Origin: Dudresnaya verticillata
Lineage: Eukaryota
NCBI GenBank assembly: GCA_977862235.1
Contig: OZ374560.1
Coordinates: forward strand, 2,294,001 to 2,358,000
Length of the DNA: 64,000 nucleotides
Direction: 5' to 3'
Under the pieces are notes generated by a model. The model had not been told where the DNA came from. It did no database searches and was given only the letters and a program-made list of their open reading frames with translations. Shown here piece by piece: positions 35,556 to 46,604 of the stretch (position 1 is the stretch's first letter; each line of letters opens with the position of its first letter). The position numbers and the translations under genes are program-made.

Positions 35556-38209
35556 GCCTTGAGCGCGGGCGACCGTGGTATCGGTGGTGGTGGCGGAAAG
35601 GGTCTTGACCCTGGTCTTGGTGACCGCGGCGCTTGCCTTGGAGCGTCGATGGGGTGATTCAGACCCGGATGAAATTGAACTTGCCTATTTCCGCCGGCGC
35701 CCGTCCCCATATTTTGACGCGTGCCTGTTGGTGGCCCAATGGCTTGGCCTGTCGAGGCCGGTCCGTTGGCGAAGTACGATAGTCACCCCACAGTTGCCAA
35801 CCATGCCTTCTGTTCATGCGAGAGCGCTTGGAACTGCTTCCTTTTTAGAGTCTCAAAAGACTGTTCGTCCGTACGCGCCAGGTGGGGGCAATTTGGCTTT
35901 TTATGGCCGACGCCACAACACTCAAAACAGATGTCATTTGGTTGGTCCTCGACCGTCTGCCATCCAGGACGCTGCGTCCTTGTTGGCTGAGCCCAGGCTG
36001 GGAGCCTATGGTTGTAGTTTTGGATGACCGCATCTACTTCGCCATAATATGGCTGGCCATAGGGGTACTGCCCGGAGGACCAGCTCTCTGATTGGGTTGC
36101 CGTCGATGGTGGCGCTTCCTCATCTATAGCCGCGACGACGGCATCTTCGTTGTCGTCCTCAGAGTAGCTACTCTTTGAGGATTCGGAGTCAGATGCTCCC
36201 GACCGCCTCGACTGGCGAATGAGCAGTGCCCGACCAGATTTTTGCGTCCGTACCTTCGCGAGGGTTTTCCTGTGCAGCGTCGAGGTCGCTTTCTTCGCTC
36301 GGCTACCACCCACTAGGGCACGATGAGAATCTCCCTGGGCGGTGGCGAGCTCGACATAATCTGCCAAACGGGCGGTGCGTGGATCCAGAGAGGTAGTGCT
36401 CAGCAGCGGCTTCACCGTGGGGAGAAGACCCCTAATAAAGCGTGTTATTAAGTCTTGCTCTGTGTAGACCCCAACGACTCGTCGCGCCTGATTTTGCAAC
36501 CGTCGAGAGAAGGTGCCCTCGTCCTCATTCGGCTCTTGTGCCATCGTGTCCATATCAGAGGCGATCCTCTCGATGTAGACGTCTTTCGCATACGTGCGAA
36601 GAAGGTAATTGACGGCCTCGGCCCATTCGGTGAATCCACCATTATCATCTCCTGCAGCGTCGAAGTTCGCTTCAAACATGTCTTTGGCATCTTTCTCCAG
36701 AAATTCTGGGATGACAAGGATAGCTGCTCCTTCACTAATGTGAGCTTGGTCCAGCTGTCGTTTCAGCGTTGCGAGAAATCCAATAATGGATACTGGGTCA
36801 CTTCCGTCCAACCGGCGACTTCTCATCACGGTCTTCACCCGTTTTATATTCTTCGTCGTAGTCTCCGTGACTTCGGGTCCCCGGTAGTCATCCAGGTTCA
36901 ACAACCTATACCTCCTGTATGAAAGTACGGGTATGAAGGCAGGGTTCCTCGGAATCAACTCCTTCAACCCGGAACGCCGGGGTCCCTTCCAAGAAGACCA
37001 GGAGGGTCTGGAGAAAGTTCTTGACTGTGGCGCTTCGTCCTCGGACGGACCTGAGGTAGGATATGCTTCCTGATGGGGGTCCCCGCCATGTCGATGGCTA
37101 GAATGCCTATCGGGGCGAGACCGAGGTTGACTCGGTCAGCTGCAATTACACCCCCGGTGATTTGGACACCGGGCCATTTCCTCATCGTCTTGAGATTCGG
37201 GGCCTGATCCGAGGTGGGTAACCTTCTGCGACGGTCTCGCGTGCCTCGAGGCACTGGCGAACGACGCCGCATTATCTCAGGGACGATTTCCCTTTCGCGG
37301 TTGAGTCGCCGCATTTGTGCTGCTATCATAGCGACTCGACGCTTCTCCGCATCGAGTTCCTGTTGGAGGAGCTCGATGCGTCTGTCTTGTTCAACACAAC
37401 GAGTGTTGTCTACGCCCAACTGGGCGTCTGAAATAGCCAAAGCGGCTTCTTGTCTTGAACGGTCGGCGTCCGTTGTAACCTGGTCTCCTGGTGGACCAAG
37501 TCTAATTGGTCCCCCAAGGAATCGACCTGGGCTTGTAGGGTCCCGACCCGTTCTTCGTCTACTCCTCGAGAGGAGGTTTGTCGACATCGAGAATCGATCT
37601 CTTCTTGGACCTTTGCCAACAATTGATCGCCCCGGTGGGCTGTAGAGTCGTCGAAATAACGCTTCACCCTCGAGAGGGTTTCGTCAGCTTGACTCTCGAG
37701 CAACGCTCGGACGCTCGTGACGAGAGCATTTTCGATGCCCAATTCGACCATCTGGCCTATCTCGCGTTCGCAGGAACACCGTTGGTCGGTCGAGTTGGCT
37801 TTCGTTCTCATTGGCACCCCTATGTCCGGGGCAATGATGACGTCGTCACATCTTCTAGGGCCTGTCCGCCCGTACCGTGCTCGCTAGCGCGGCTGATGGG
37901 CGGCGGCGGCATACTAGGGTCAGGACCCTCATTCGCGCCGTAGTTGGCGGCGCTTGCGGAAGCGGTCCTGACCGTGTTTTCTTCATTCGGGACCTGTCCC
38001 TTCTCTGGAACAGGTGGTTCCTCATCTCCTGGCGCGCCCGCCACTCGGGGCGGGCGTTCCACTTCTCCTACTAAAGGATTTTGGGCAAGAGCGGCGACGG
38101 CCGCACGGGTTCTCGTCCCAATTGTCCTCACGGAGGAAAGACTGCCGGAACGGCTTCCACCACGACTGGTCAATCCCGGTCGGGCGGTCTCGCCGTTGGA
38201 AGTCGGCAT
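35546..38209 (-). pseudogene. gag: gag with CCHC zinc knuckle, interrupted
   Basis: Capsid-like region (QEPNEDEGTFSRRL...FIRGL) and CFECCGVGHKKPNC. The frame continues past TGA 35783 to TAG 35546. The 5' part is frameshifted, so the start is uncertain. Confidence 0.85.
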
Positions 38210-38677
38210 GTTCAGGTCGGTCTTTTCGACCTAAACGAAGGATATCGGTCCTGTGGTTGCCTGACGGGGAGTTTTTCCAAGTGGGTAATCTTCTTCAGAA
38301 CCGTCGTTCTCTGGGTTACGGGCGATTCTGGCCACGCGGTCTTTCCGCAATGCGCGCCCGCACAGCCCGTACAAGGACGTATTTTTTTGTACAGGTATTA
38401 CGATAACCTGTTGAGGTTCTCCCGGAAGGGGCGTCAATCCTCGACTAGGATGTGCTCGTTGAACTTAATAAACCGCCACGGCGGTAGGGGTGCTTGCACT
38501 AGATTTGACGTAACTCCAGCGCTTGGTATGAAGCTTAGGGACCGTCGTCACACGGACGACTAGGGTTTCAACGTCAGGTAGTCGAACCTTGAGATCTTGC
38601 AGGGAGAAAACTCGATCCTTGAAAATTCCAAAGCGATGGACTGACGTTGAGGTAATAAAGGGAACCGACCCAGAACC

Positions 38678-38697
38678 GATTCTAGGTCGGGAGACCA
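38678..38697 (-). other. Primer binding site
   Basis: TGGTCTCCCGACCTAGAATC immediately inside the 5' LTR, complementary to a tRNA-like ...GATTCTAGGTCGGGAGACCA end. Confidence 0.8.
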
Positions 38698-38698
38698 C

Positions 38699-39388
38699 TG
38701 TAGTAGTATGGCGCGACGAGCCAGTAGCCCCTAAACGGCAAGGACAGGTGTCCCGTGCGCGCACACACCCTAACGAGGGTAGCTCAATGGGGAGTTGGTA
38801 GAGACTTTGAGGGAAAAGGGAAAAAGGCTAGCGTGCCTGAAATAAAGTGGAAAAGGGGCGGCGCCACCCTAACACTCGTAGAGTACAAAGCCGTACGAGG
38901 CAAAAGCTTTTAATGCACCTGGAAGGGGGAGTACGGTGAGCCCGTGTAGACCAAAGAAAGGGTACAGACCCGAAACCAACCGTAGGGTTCTATTCAGCAG
39001 ACCCCTGCTAGTCAGGGGCGCAATAAATATGGCGAAGGCCGAAAGCGCCTTCGCCGCCATTCCTATTCTAAGCTATTGAAGTTAGCGTTAATAATTACAA
39101 TGAGGTAGTGAGCGGTCGTACTCCGCCCTGCGCACGTAAGGTGCTTATGACTCGGGCGCGCTCCTGCGCGTAAGGCCATGGTAAATCAGCCAATCACGGC
39201 TAGCCATCTCATTGGCGCCGTTCTGTTCCCAGCAATGCCATATGGAGTAGCCAGCAATACACTGGGCCTTACAGAGCGGCAGTACGGGCGGCGACTTACA
39301 GGCCCATGCCACGCGCAATATTACCCGCGCATTACAGGCGCAAAACACGTGTACGTGCTTACAGCCGCTGGCGACTCATTGTACCACA
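38699..39388 (-). repeat. 5' LTR
   Basis: Direct repeat of 26487-27177. Confidence 0.95.
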
Positions 39389-39466
39389 GCGAGCTGCGCT
39401 GCTCGTGTGTTATAACACGAAGCGACATGCATAGAGGAACTAAAGATGAAAGGTGGGTGCAAAGAA

Positions 39467-42400
39467 GTGTGTTTCGAGGCACGTGGAAATGGTTATATGT
39501 CGATAGCGGGATGAGCTGAACGACAGGCGGCTGGATGTGGATCAAGGCGCTAATCCGGATTGGAGACAGCGAGCGACGAACACGAAAGTTTGAAAACTTT
39601 TCGACACCGGTTCGAAAAAGTTTCGGGGCGGCGCGGCGATCGTCGAGAATACAACCAGTGGCACAAAAATGCGGGAACAATCCCCGGGTCTGCCCCCTTC
39701 CCTCCAAGCCAGACCTGAACCATCACTAAGCCAGACACCTGACTTTTGGTTCGCATAAGTCGCTCGTGCCGCCCTACACTCTCCCAGCGTCCTGCCAACT
39801 CACATGCGTGCGTCTGCTGACCTATTTTTGATTGCCGTCACTAACTCGTTCAGGCATGACCGACGATACCGTCACAGAGGGTGGGGGTATACCCGCAGAT
39901 GCTCGACACGCACCGGACGATCCACCGCCGTCGGCCCCGAGGGATCCGAGCGTGCCACTTGGTCGCCGTACCGCTCCTGCGCTCCGAACCCAGCGGCCTG
40001 CAAGAATCTCCTTCGAATGCAAGAAACAGCAGGAAGCGGTGCTTTCGGAGAGCGATCTCCGGACTGAACTCAACGATGTAGTACAGATGGAAGATGCCGA
40101 TATTGTCGCCATGGATGAAACCCAGCACGAACACCTGCGAAATTTCGTGGAGTTTGGAATGAAAGAAAATCCCTCCGCCTTTTCAGTTGAGCTAGCGGAA
40201 CACCAGCCATTTCAGTTGCCTTTCGTTATCGCAGTCTGGAAATCTCAGCTTCAAGAGGCTTTGGTAAATGAGAAGGACCAAGAGCTAAAGCAGAAGGATC
40301 AGGTGATTCTTGACAAAGAGGAGCAGATCGTCGAGCTGAAAGCTTCATCGGATTTTGTTCTGAATGGTTCACCCCCGGATGGTCCTGCCACTAAGCGCCG
40401 CAGAAATGTTCTGCAAGTTGGCGGCGTGCCGATTGGGGTTTTCACACCCACACCTGGAACTGACATCGCAGAGCCAGAAGGTTCGCTTTTTCGCCTTGGG
40501 GGCGGGAGGGTAAACATTCGACAGCCTTCTCAGCTCCCACAGCGCTACCCCGGAAAAGTAATAGTGAGCAACTGTCTCAACTGCCACGAGTTGCTTGGAC
40601 CGACGATAGTTATGCACCTCATCAATGGCGGGCGCAATATGGAGGACTCAATTCAAACTTGGCCGTGCATGACCGACGGAAAAGTCGGACTACAGACGCA
40701 GACCGAAGCCCTGACGCTTGCGCGCACCCTACACCTGCAGTTTCTAAACCAGCCCACATCTACCGACGCAGTACTGAATTGCCCGTGGATGGAGATGGCA
40801 CTGCGACGCCTATACGCGATACTGCACGTCGAGCAGTATCAGCGCCGAAATCCAGAAACGTCCCGCAGCATTCTGTGGGAAGGAGTTTCAGACCTTCTAG
40901 AGAAGAGGGTAGCCGCGGTAACGGCAGACCCAACAATGACTTCAGTAATGAGTCAGCAGCTCGCGGCGCGATCGCGTTTGGCAAACAACTACAAGAAACT
41001 GACATCATCAGGAAAGCAGAGGAAAATCTTGCCAGACAAGGGCCGTCGGCAGAAGAGAAACGCCAAGAAAATGAAGTCCGAAGAGTCAGACGAAGAGTAG
41101 CTCCCTATGCGCGATATTCGGATTCTAAGTTAACACAAGCACCCGATTGCAGGCGAACATTTCCCCTTACAGGACGCCTTCCATCGCTCGGTTTTCTCTC
41201 CCAAAATGCGGCCGGGGCTTTGGATTTTCTATACAACGGTAACCTACACATCCAAGGGAGCCGGGACAACATCATACACAGCTTCGATCCTGCTCGTTCT
41301 TTGCGAAGCTCCCTCCTATCGGATGTTATTGACATTTGGAATTCAGTGCTAGGTACGAGAGACGAAGAAGCGCTCAGCAGAGAGCCCTGCTCCGCAGAAT
41401 TTACCGGCTCAAAGAGGTTCGTCAAAGGCTCTTTTACAAGGATTAATGCGGATAGGGTTGACCTCCCTCTGATGCCACCCGCAGAAACGCCAAAATGGAC
41501 CACGCACATGCCTGATGAGCTGCATTCCCACTTTATCAATCCAAACCATGCTCCTTTTACAAAACCCTTGCTGGAAGCGCTCGCATCCGGGCAGAAATTT
41601 CCAGCACACCAAGTCCACGCAGTTGCGGGGCACTACATACGGATTATTCGTCGGGCTCACAAGGCAACTTCGACGAGGGTGTATGAACTTCAATGGAGAA
41701 TCTGGCGATGGCGACCGTGCTGTTCGTGGAAGCGCTATTCGCACTGTCGTTTTCTATGGCAATTCGGATGGGGCAGAATCTGTGGAAGGGGAGATAGTAG
41801 AAGAGACGGCTGCAACGCAACTTCGTTTTTGGTATTCCGCGGAATATTCCGCAGACCATGCCGCTTTTCATTGCATTAACGCCCACTCTACCTCACATAT
41901 TTCAGTGGCGATGCGAACCTGGTGTACCTGGACATTGTCCAGCTCCTAATTGTCCATGTAACGATGACGGAAGGCAAACCTTTTCCCTGAGCATGCTCTT
42001 TTACCCAAGTGGTTTTTGGTTGCAAGGGTTTTTACTGGTGACCTTTCATCTCTAAATAGCATGGACTACGCCTAACTTGATTTATTTACGTATCTAAGAA
42101 TTGCATCTTATGAGATGCGGGATGGGTTGAACTTCAATACCTGCCAAGCCGGAAAGCCCCTAAGCTGCTGAACAAGTGAGTCTCAGCTAGAAACACGATT
42201 ACACATGGGGGCTTTGCCGTAGGTCTGGGGAACGCAGCGAGACAAGAAATTTCTTGCCCGCAGTTTCATCCAATACCGTGTATACTACGGTGTGTTCCTT
42301 ACTGTAGAAACGCTCGAGAATCGATCGATCAAGTCGGCAGAGAAGAATATTACTCCTGGAACAACTCAGTACGAATAAGTACTGAGGAATCGCAGTCCTC

Positions 42401-43620
42401 CAGCTGCGTCCGCGTGCCACTGTGCAGCGGCGAGAAAGGATACTATCCTGTAACAATTCAGCGCAAATAATGACTGAGAATTCGCAGTCCTCAGTCTGCG
42501 TCCGCGTGCCACTGTGCAGCGGAAAGAAAGGACACTGGTCCCGGAGATAACTGAAACATCGTAATGTACAGATGCAACCCGCTACGAGCATTCGGTTCCA
42601 TGGTACACTGCTGCCGTTAGGTATATGCGGACCGTCCCATCCCCTGAACGAGGCTCGCTACATGTCACCATCGGGGCGCGAGAGGAGCAGATCGTCGAGC
42701 TCAAAGCTTCATCTGGTTTTGTTGTTGATGGTCCAAAGCCGGATTGTCCTGCCACTAAGTGCCGCAGAAGTGTTCTACAGGTTGGCGGCGTCCGATTGGG
42801 GTTTTTCACACCTACGCCGGGAGCTGACATCGCAGAGCCAGAAGCCCACACCTACCGACGCAGTTACTGAACCGCCTGTGGATGCAGGTGGCACTGCGAC
42901 ATTTTCTCCAATCGTTTTCACCAACATTCGTCCCGATCGGGGCAAGAGCCAAATACGATCGTGGAGCCACATGACCACGAAAAATGCACACAAAACTCTT
43001 TTGAATCATTCAAACGACTGCGGTACTAAGTTGCTACACAACTTCACTAGCACATCACAGCTAGGAACGTTTTCACTGCAAAGCGATTATTGGCAATCAT
43101 GGTAACTGAAGAACATGACAGCAGTACACGAAAATGGAAACTGTCGACTATAATGCTTGCCGCACAGTACGAGAACGTTGACGAGAAGGTTGCACTTTAA
43201 AGTGCTCACTGCCACCCAAGGCAGCCTTTTCTCAGGACAATCCATACTATGGACTCCAAAATGCTAATCAGCAGGTCGACCACCCTCTGTCACTTGACAG
43301 TGGTAATTTGCACTATTACGTGCTCTCTTCCAATCAAGGAAACTGCAGAACATACCTGCAACAGCAATCACAGAGTTGCATGAAAACGCAGACAAGGAAC
43401 CAAAGAACACTGCCTACAGTGCAGTTGGGATGGGCCTCCGCTACTATGCGGAAAACGCGCTCGTCGCGGACTTGGTAGCCACTGTGCTACCATGTCAACA
43501 TGGCTACTGGGGTAACCCCTGCCATCACTTGGCCCAAACCTTCGTAAACGTGTTTACGAGTTCTATCCAAGCCCGCACACTAGTGCGTTCTGGTCAGCGG
43601 ATGAAAGCGGGGGGACATAA
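39467..43620 (+). mobile_element. 4.15-kb element with no clear TSD, probably a deleted tyrosine-recombinase-type retroelement
   Basis: Empty site at 63820-63840 (gggtgcaaataa|ttaatagata). Termini are shared with two miniature copies. Carries a 422-aa ORF. Confidence 0.7.
39832..41100 (+). CDS. Element ORF1 (gag-like; coiled coil and basic C-terminus), possible ATG at 39857
   Basis: 422-aa open frame. TLARTL...MEMALRRLYAI resembles ALASLL...IERMVRRLLVI in ORF1 of the 54-59 kb YR element. Confidence 0.6.
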   Translation: MPSLTRSGMTDDTVTEGGGIPADARHAPDDPPPSAPRDPSVPLGRRTAPALRTQRPARISFECKKQQEAVLSESDLRTELNDVVQMEDADIVAMDETQHEHLRNFVEFGMKENPSAFSVELAEHQPFQLPFVIAVWKSQLQEALVNEKDQELKQKDQVILDKEEQIVELKASSDFVLNGSPPDGPATKRRRNVLQVGGVPIGVFTPTPGTDIAEPEGSLFRLGGGRVNIRQPSQLPQRYPGKVIVSNCLNCHELLGPTIVMHLINGGRNMEDSIQTWPCMTDGKVGLQTQTEALTLARTLHLQFLNQPTSTDAVLNCPWMEMALRRLYAILHVEQYQRRNPETSRSILWEGVSDLLEKRVAAVTADPTMTSVMSQQLAARSRLANNYKKLTSSGKQRKILPDKGRRQKRNAKKMKSEESDEE

Positions 43621-44130
43621 TTAATAGATATTGATCTACACTGGTAAATGAACCATTGTGACCAGCCTCCATTCTGTTTCAGAATTAGAAGGTGCGACCG
43701 GGATGAAGCAATTTCCCTTGCCCACGTCTGCACGCATTTACTTTTCATCGGTTACGCTACCAATCTCTGGTCATTACCCGCCGTCTTACAGTCTCGCTTC
43801 CAGGAACGTGCCACGCTTATGCCCTCCTGAACAAATTTAGTCTCTCTCTTGCAGAGATGTAGAATTTTCTACAGAATATGTCGCTAGCCCGCGAGTTTAT
43901 GGTTTCGGCTATAAATGGATAACCCGTCGCAAATCTGTTCTGTTTCTGGTTTCGTGATGTTTGTCAAGCTCTCCTTCCTATAAACGAGCTCTTGTCACAA
44001 CGATAGACCGATAGGATGTCATCGACGAGGTGCATAAATAGCCACACAACAACGAAGAGCATTTAGCATTTAGTACATACAATCTTCAATCCTTGTCTTC
44101 AGCTCCGCCAGCCATTTCTCCCTCAAATTC

Positions 44131-46604
44131 TTAAATAGGGCGGCATCGGTCCGTAGTTCTTCCGAAAATGTCCTTCTCTACGACTTGTCCCTTCGGACAA
44201 CGTTTGCATTCAGTTCCATTCACAGCGATCATGTTCTCCAGGCATTTTATGCACGAGGCACTTTTCCCCGTCGAGAACTCTCACGGAGGGCATTTCGCGC
44301 AAATTTCCACAGTTTCGTCATCCGAGAGTATCTCCCGGAAGCTGGTTGTAGCAACACTCTTTGCCCCCGTGCCCGCCGGGCAAACTTCTACGCACCTTCC
44401 ATTCAGTCCGATCACTTTCCTACCCGGACACAGGCAGCTTCCGAAACTTCCTTCCGTCCCTTTGGGCATCTCTCACATTTAGAAGACGCCCCACCAACCC
44501 CGCTTTCTCTCCTCTTGCACCGCACGCAGCCCCTCGTTGAACTGGCCTTTTCTCCCGGAGAACATTGCACGCATCTTTTTCGGAAAAGGAAGGAATTCTT
44601 CGATGGGCACTCCACAGCCGTACATTCCCCATTCTTGTTCCGCACTTGCCCGACCTCACATCCAGTCTCATCGACAACACATTTGCCGCGGTTTGTGTCA
44701 GTCTCTGAATCGAACAGCCTGGGGCTGCGCGACCCAGGAGGGCATTTCATACATGACGTAGCTCCAGCCCTATCTGAAAATGTGTTCAACGGGCAGGCTT
44801 TGCAGAACAGCAACCCAGGTTTGTCACTGAAAGTTCCAACTGGGCAAGCGGTACAAAACCCTTCAATTGCCGTATCGAATACATCCAGCCCGGTCCTCTT
44901 GAATCCATCAGTTGTTAAAAAGAAGTCATTGTCGTTCTCCCAGAAAGTCCCTTTCGGACAAAGACTGCATGACTTACCATCATTGACAAAGCCAAAAGAA
45001 CACTCGCATTCAAACTTTTCCAGGAAACTGAGATTGCCTTTTGGAGACATGTTTTTCGAACATCGCTTGCATGACGTACTCGCACCGCCTTCTGACACTT
45101 CTTTATCTCCACACGAGACGTACTCTTTCCTAGAGTTTTCAAGCCGTTGCCCAGGCAAGCACGCCTGACAAACTCCACTCTTATTCTCGAACGTCCCAAA
45201 TGGACATCCTTTCTTCGCATCTTTGCACCCAGCTGCCCCAGGGCCCGCAGTAGAAGTCCCTGGGGGACACCGCTGGAATCGTCTTGATGGGAGTGTTCTA
45301 CTGAAAGTGTCCTTCGGGCACACAGTACAGGAAGCAGCTTCGGCCTTAGAGAAAGTTCCCGGAGGGCAAATCTTGCATGACAGAGCGCCCTCGTCACTGA
45401 ACGTTCCAGGTTGACATTTTTCACACTTGTTGCTAAGAAAGACGCTAATAGGATTGAAGTAGAACATCGAGTTGCGCCTGAACCTTCGGTTTGGGCACTT
45501 TGTGCAGCTTGTCGCCCCGAATCCTCGCGATGGAAACGTGTCACTCCCCCCACCCGTGACTGTACCATCGGGACATCTTTCACAGAAACTACTACCCGGT
45601 TTATCCGTGACGAAGGCCCTTAGACAATTAGAGCACCCTGTTTCAGGGAATGGGTTTAATGCAGAACCGGGGTCACAGAAGCCGCAGGATATCGATCCGG
45701 GAAACGAATCCTTTCCCGAAGGACATTTCTTGCATGCTCTAGAGCCTGTGACGCGTAACCGATTTTGCCTTCGAAGCAGTAGATCGCGAACGCGAAAAAG
45801 GAAAAGTAAAAGGTTGGTAGAGAGAAAGTTGGGGTTGGCAAAGTGGAGGGCAAAGTCACGGCGTGGATGAGGAGTGGTGTGTTGTCCCTCGTCGTCGTCG
45901 TTCGACGCCAGCGTGCTGCCTTTATTATTTCTACAGCCGGACGGCTCAAAGCGACCCACAGTATTTGTGGCCCGCATGCTCGCGGGATCCGCTCCAAGTC
46001 AGATAGACCTGAACAGGTGGATGTGTTCACACCCGCCGTCCCACAGTGGGTCGGGGACGGGCGGAAAGTGGTTCAGGTCTGAACCCTGTTGTCAGGGGAC
46101 CCTGAGCGTTAGCCAATAAGATGCAGAGGCTTGTCCGAAGGGACGCAAATACGCATTGTCAGACCGGCAGTTCTGCCTTGTGCAGGTTCACCAGGTCTGT
46201 GCGCGATAGCCATGATTGGCCGTGGGGTCTGCCATTGTTCAGCAGTGCGTTCCCCAGCAGGCTCCCATTCTAGGGAATTCACCTGCAGCGTCGCGTGTGC
46301 GCGTTGGGATCCCATTGTAGGGAGTACTCCCAAACAGTGCGAGCGCTATGTGTAACAAGCCCTCTTTTCTTTCAAAAGTTCCAGACGGACAGGGTGTGCA
46401 CTGTTCTTCAGAATGAGCACCTTGAGTTTCTCGGAAAGTTCCCGGCGGACAAGGAATGCATTCGAGAAGATTTAAGTCGTCCGAGTACGTTCCCGCTGGA
46501 CACATACTACACTCCTTGCCGACACGAATTGTACCCGGGAAGCACGATCTTTGCGCTTGAACGAGGTGTATTCCCGCGAAGACTAGGAATATCGATGGAG
46601 AATA
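44131..46604 (-). pseudogene. Disrupted secreted Cys-rich protein with CxxCPxG(T/F) (ephrin-receptor-like/GCC2_GCC3-type) repeats
   Basis: Signal-like IFLVFAGIHLVQA followed by many CxxCPPGTF repeats. Interrupted by a 592-bp insertion, a frameshift near 44470 and TGA 44281; natural stop at 44131; start codon not located. Confidence 0.8.
45760..46351 (-). mobile_element. 592-bp insertion, probably a 5'-truncated LINE
   Basis: 5-bp TSD gtaac (45755-45759, 46352-46356). Removing it restores ...KEGLL-RVTGSRACKKCP... in frame. Confidence 0.75.

Larger units (their letters stand above)
26487..39388 (-). mobile_element. Full-length Ty3/Gypsy LTR retrotransposon (chromovirus), coding-defective as assembled
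   Basis: Two ~690-bp LTRs with TG...CA ends, 5-bp TSD gcgag (26482-26486, 39389-39393), PBS, PPT, and gag-PR-RT-RH-IN-chromodomain order. Confidence 0.97.

Noticed and set aside
40659..41879. 406-aa ORF as an intact gene
   Set aside because: The first third overlaps ORF1 in another frame, and the sequence loses pol-like character after ~41660 with no RT motifs. It is treated as a truncated ORF2 remnant.
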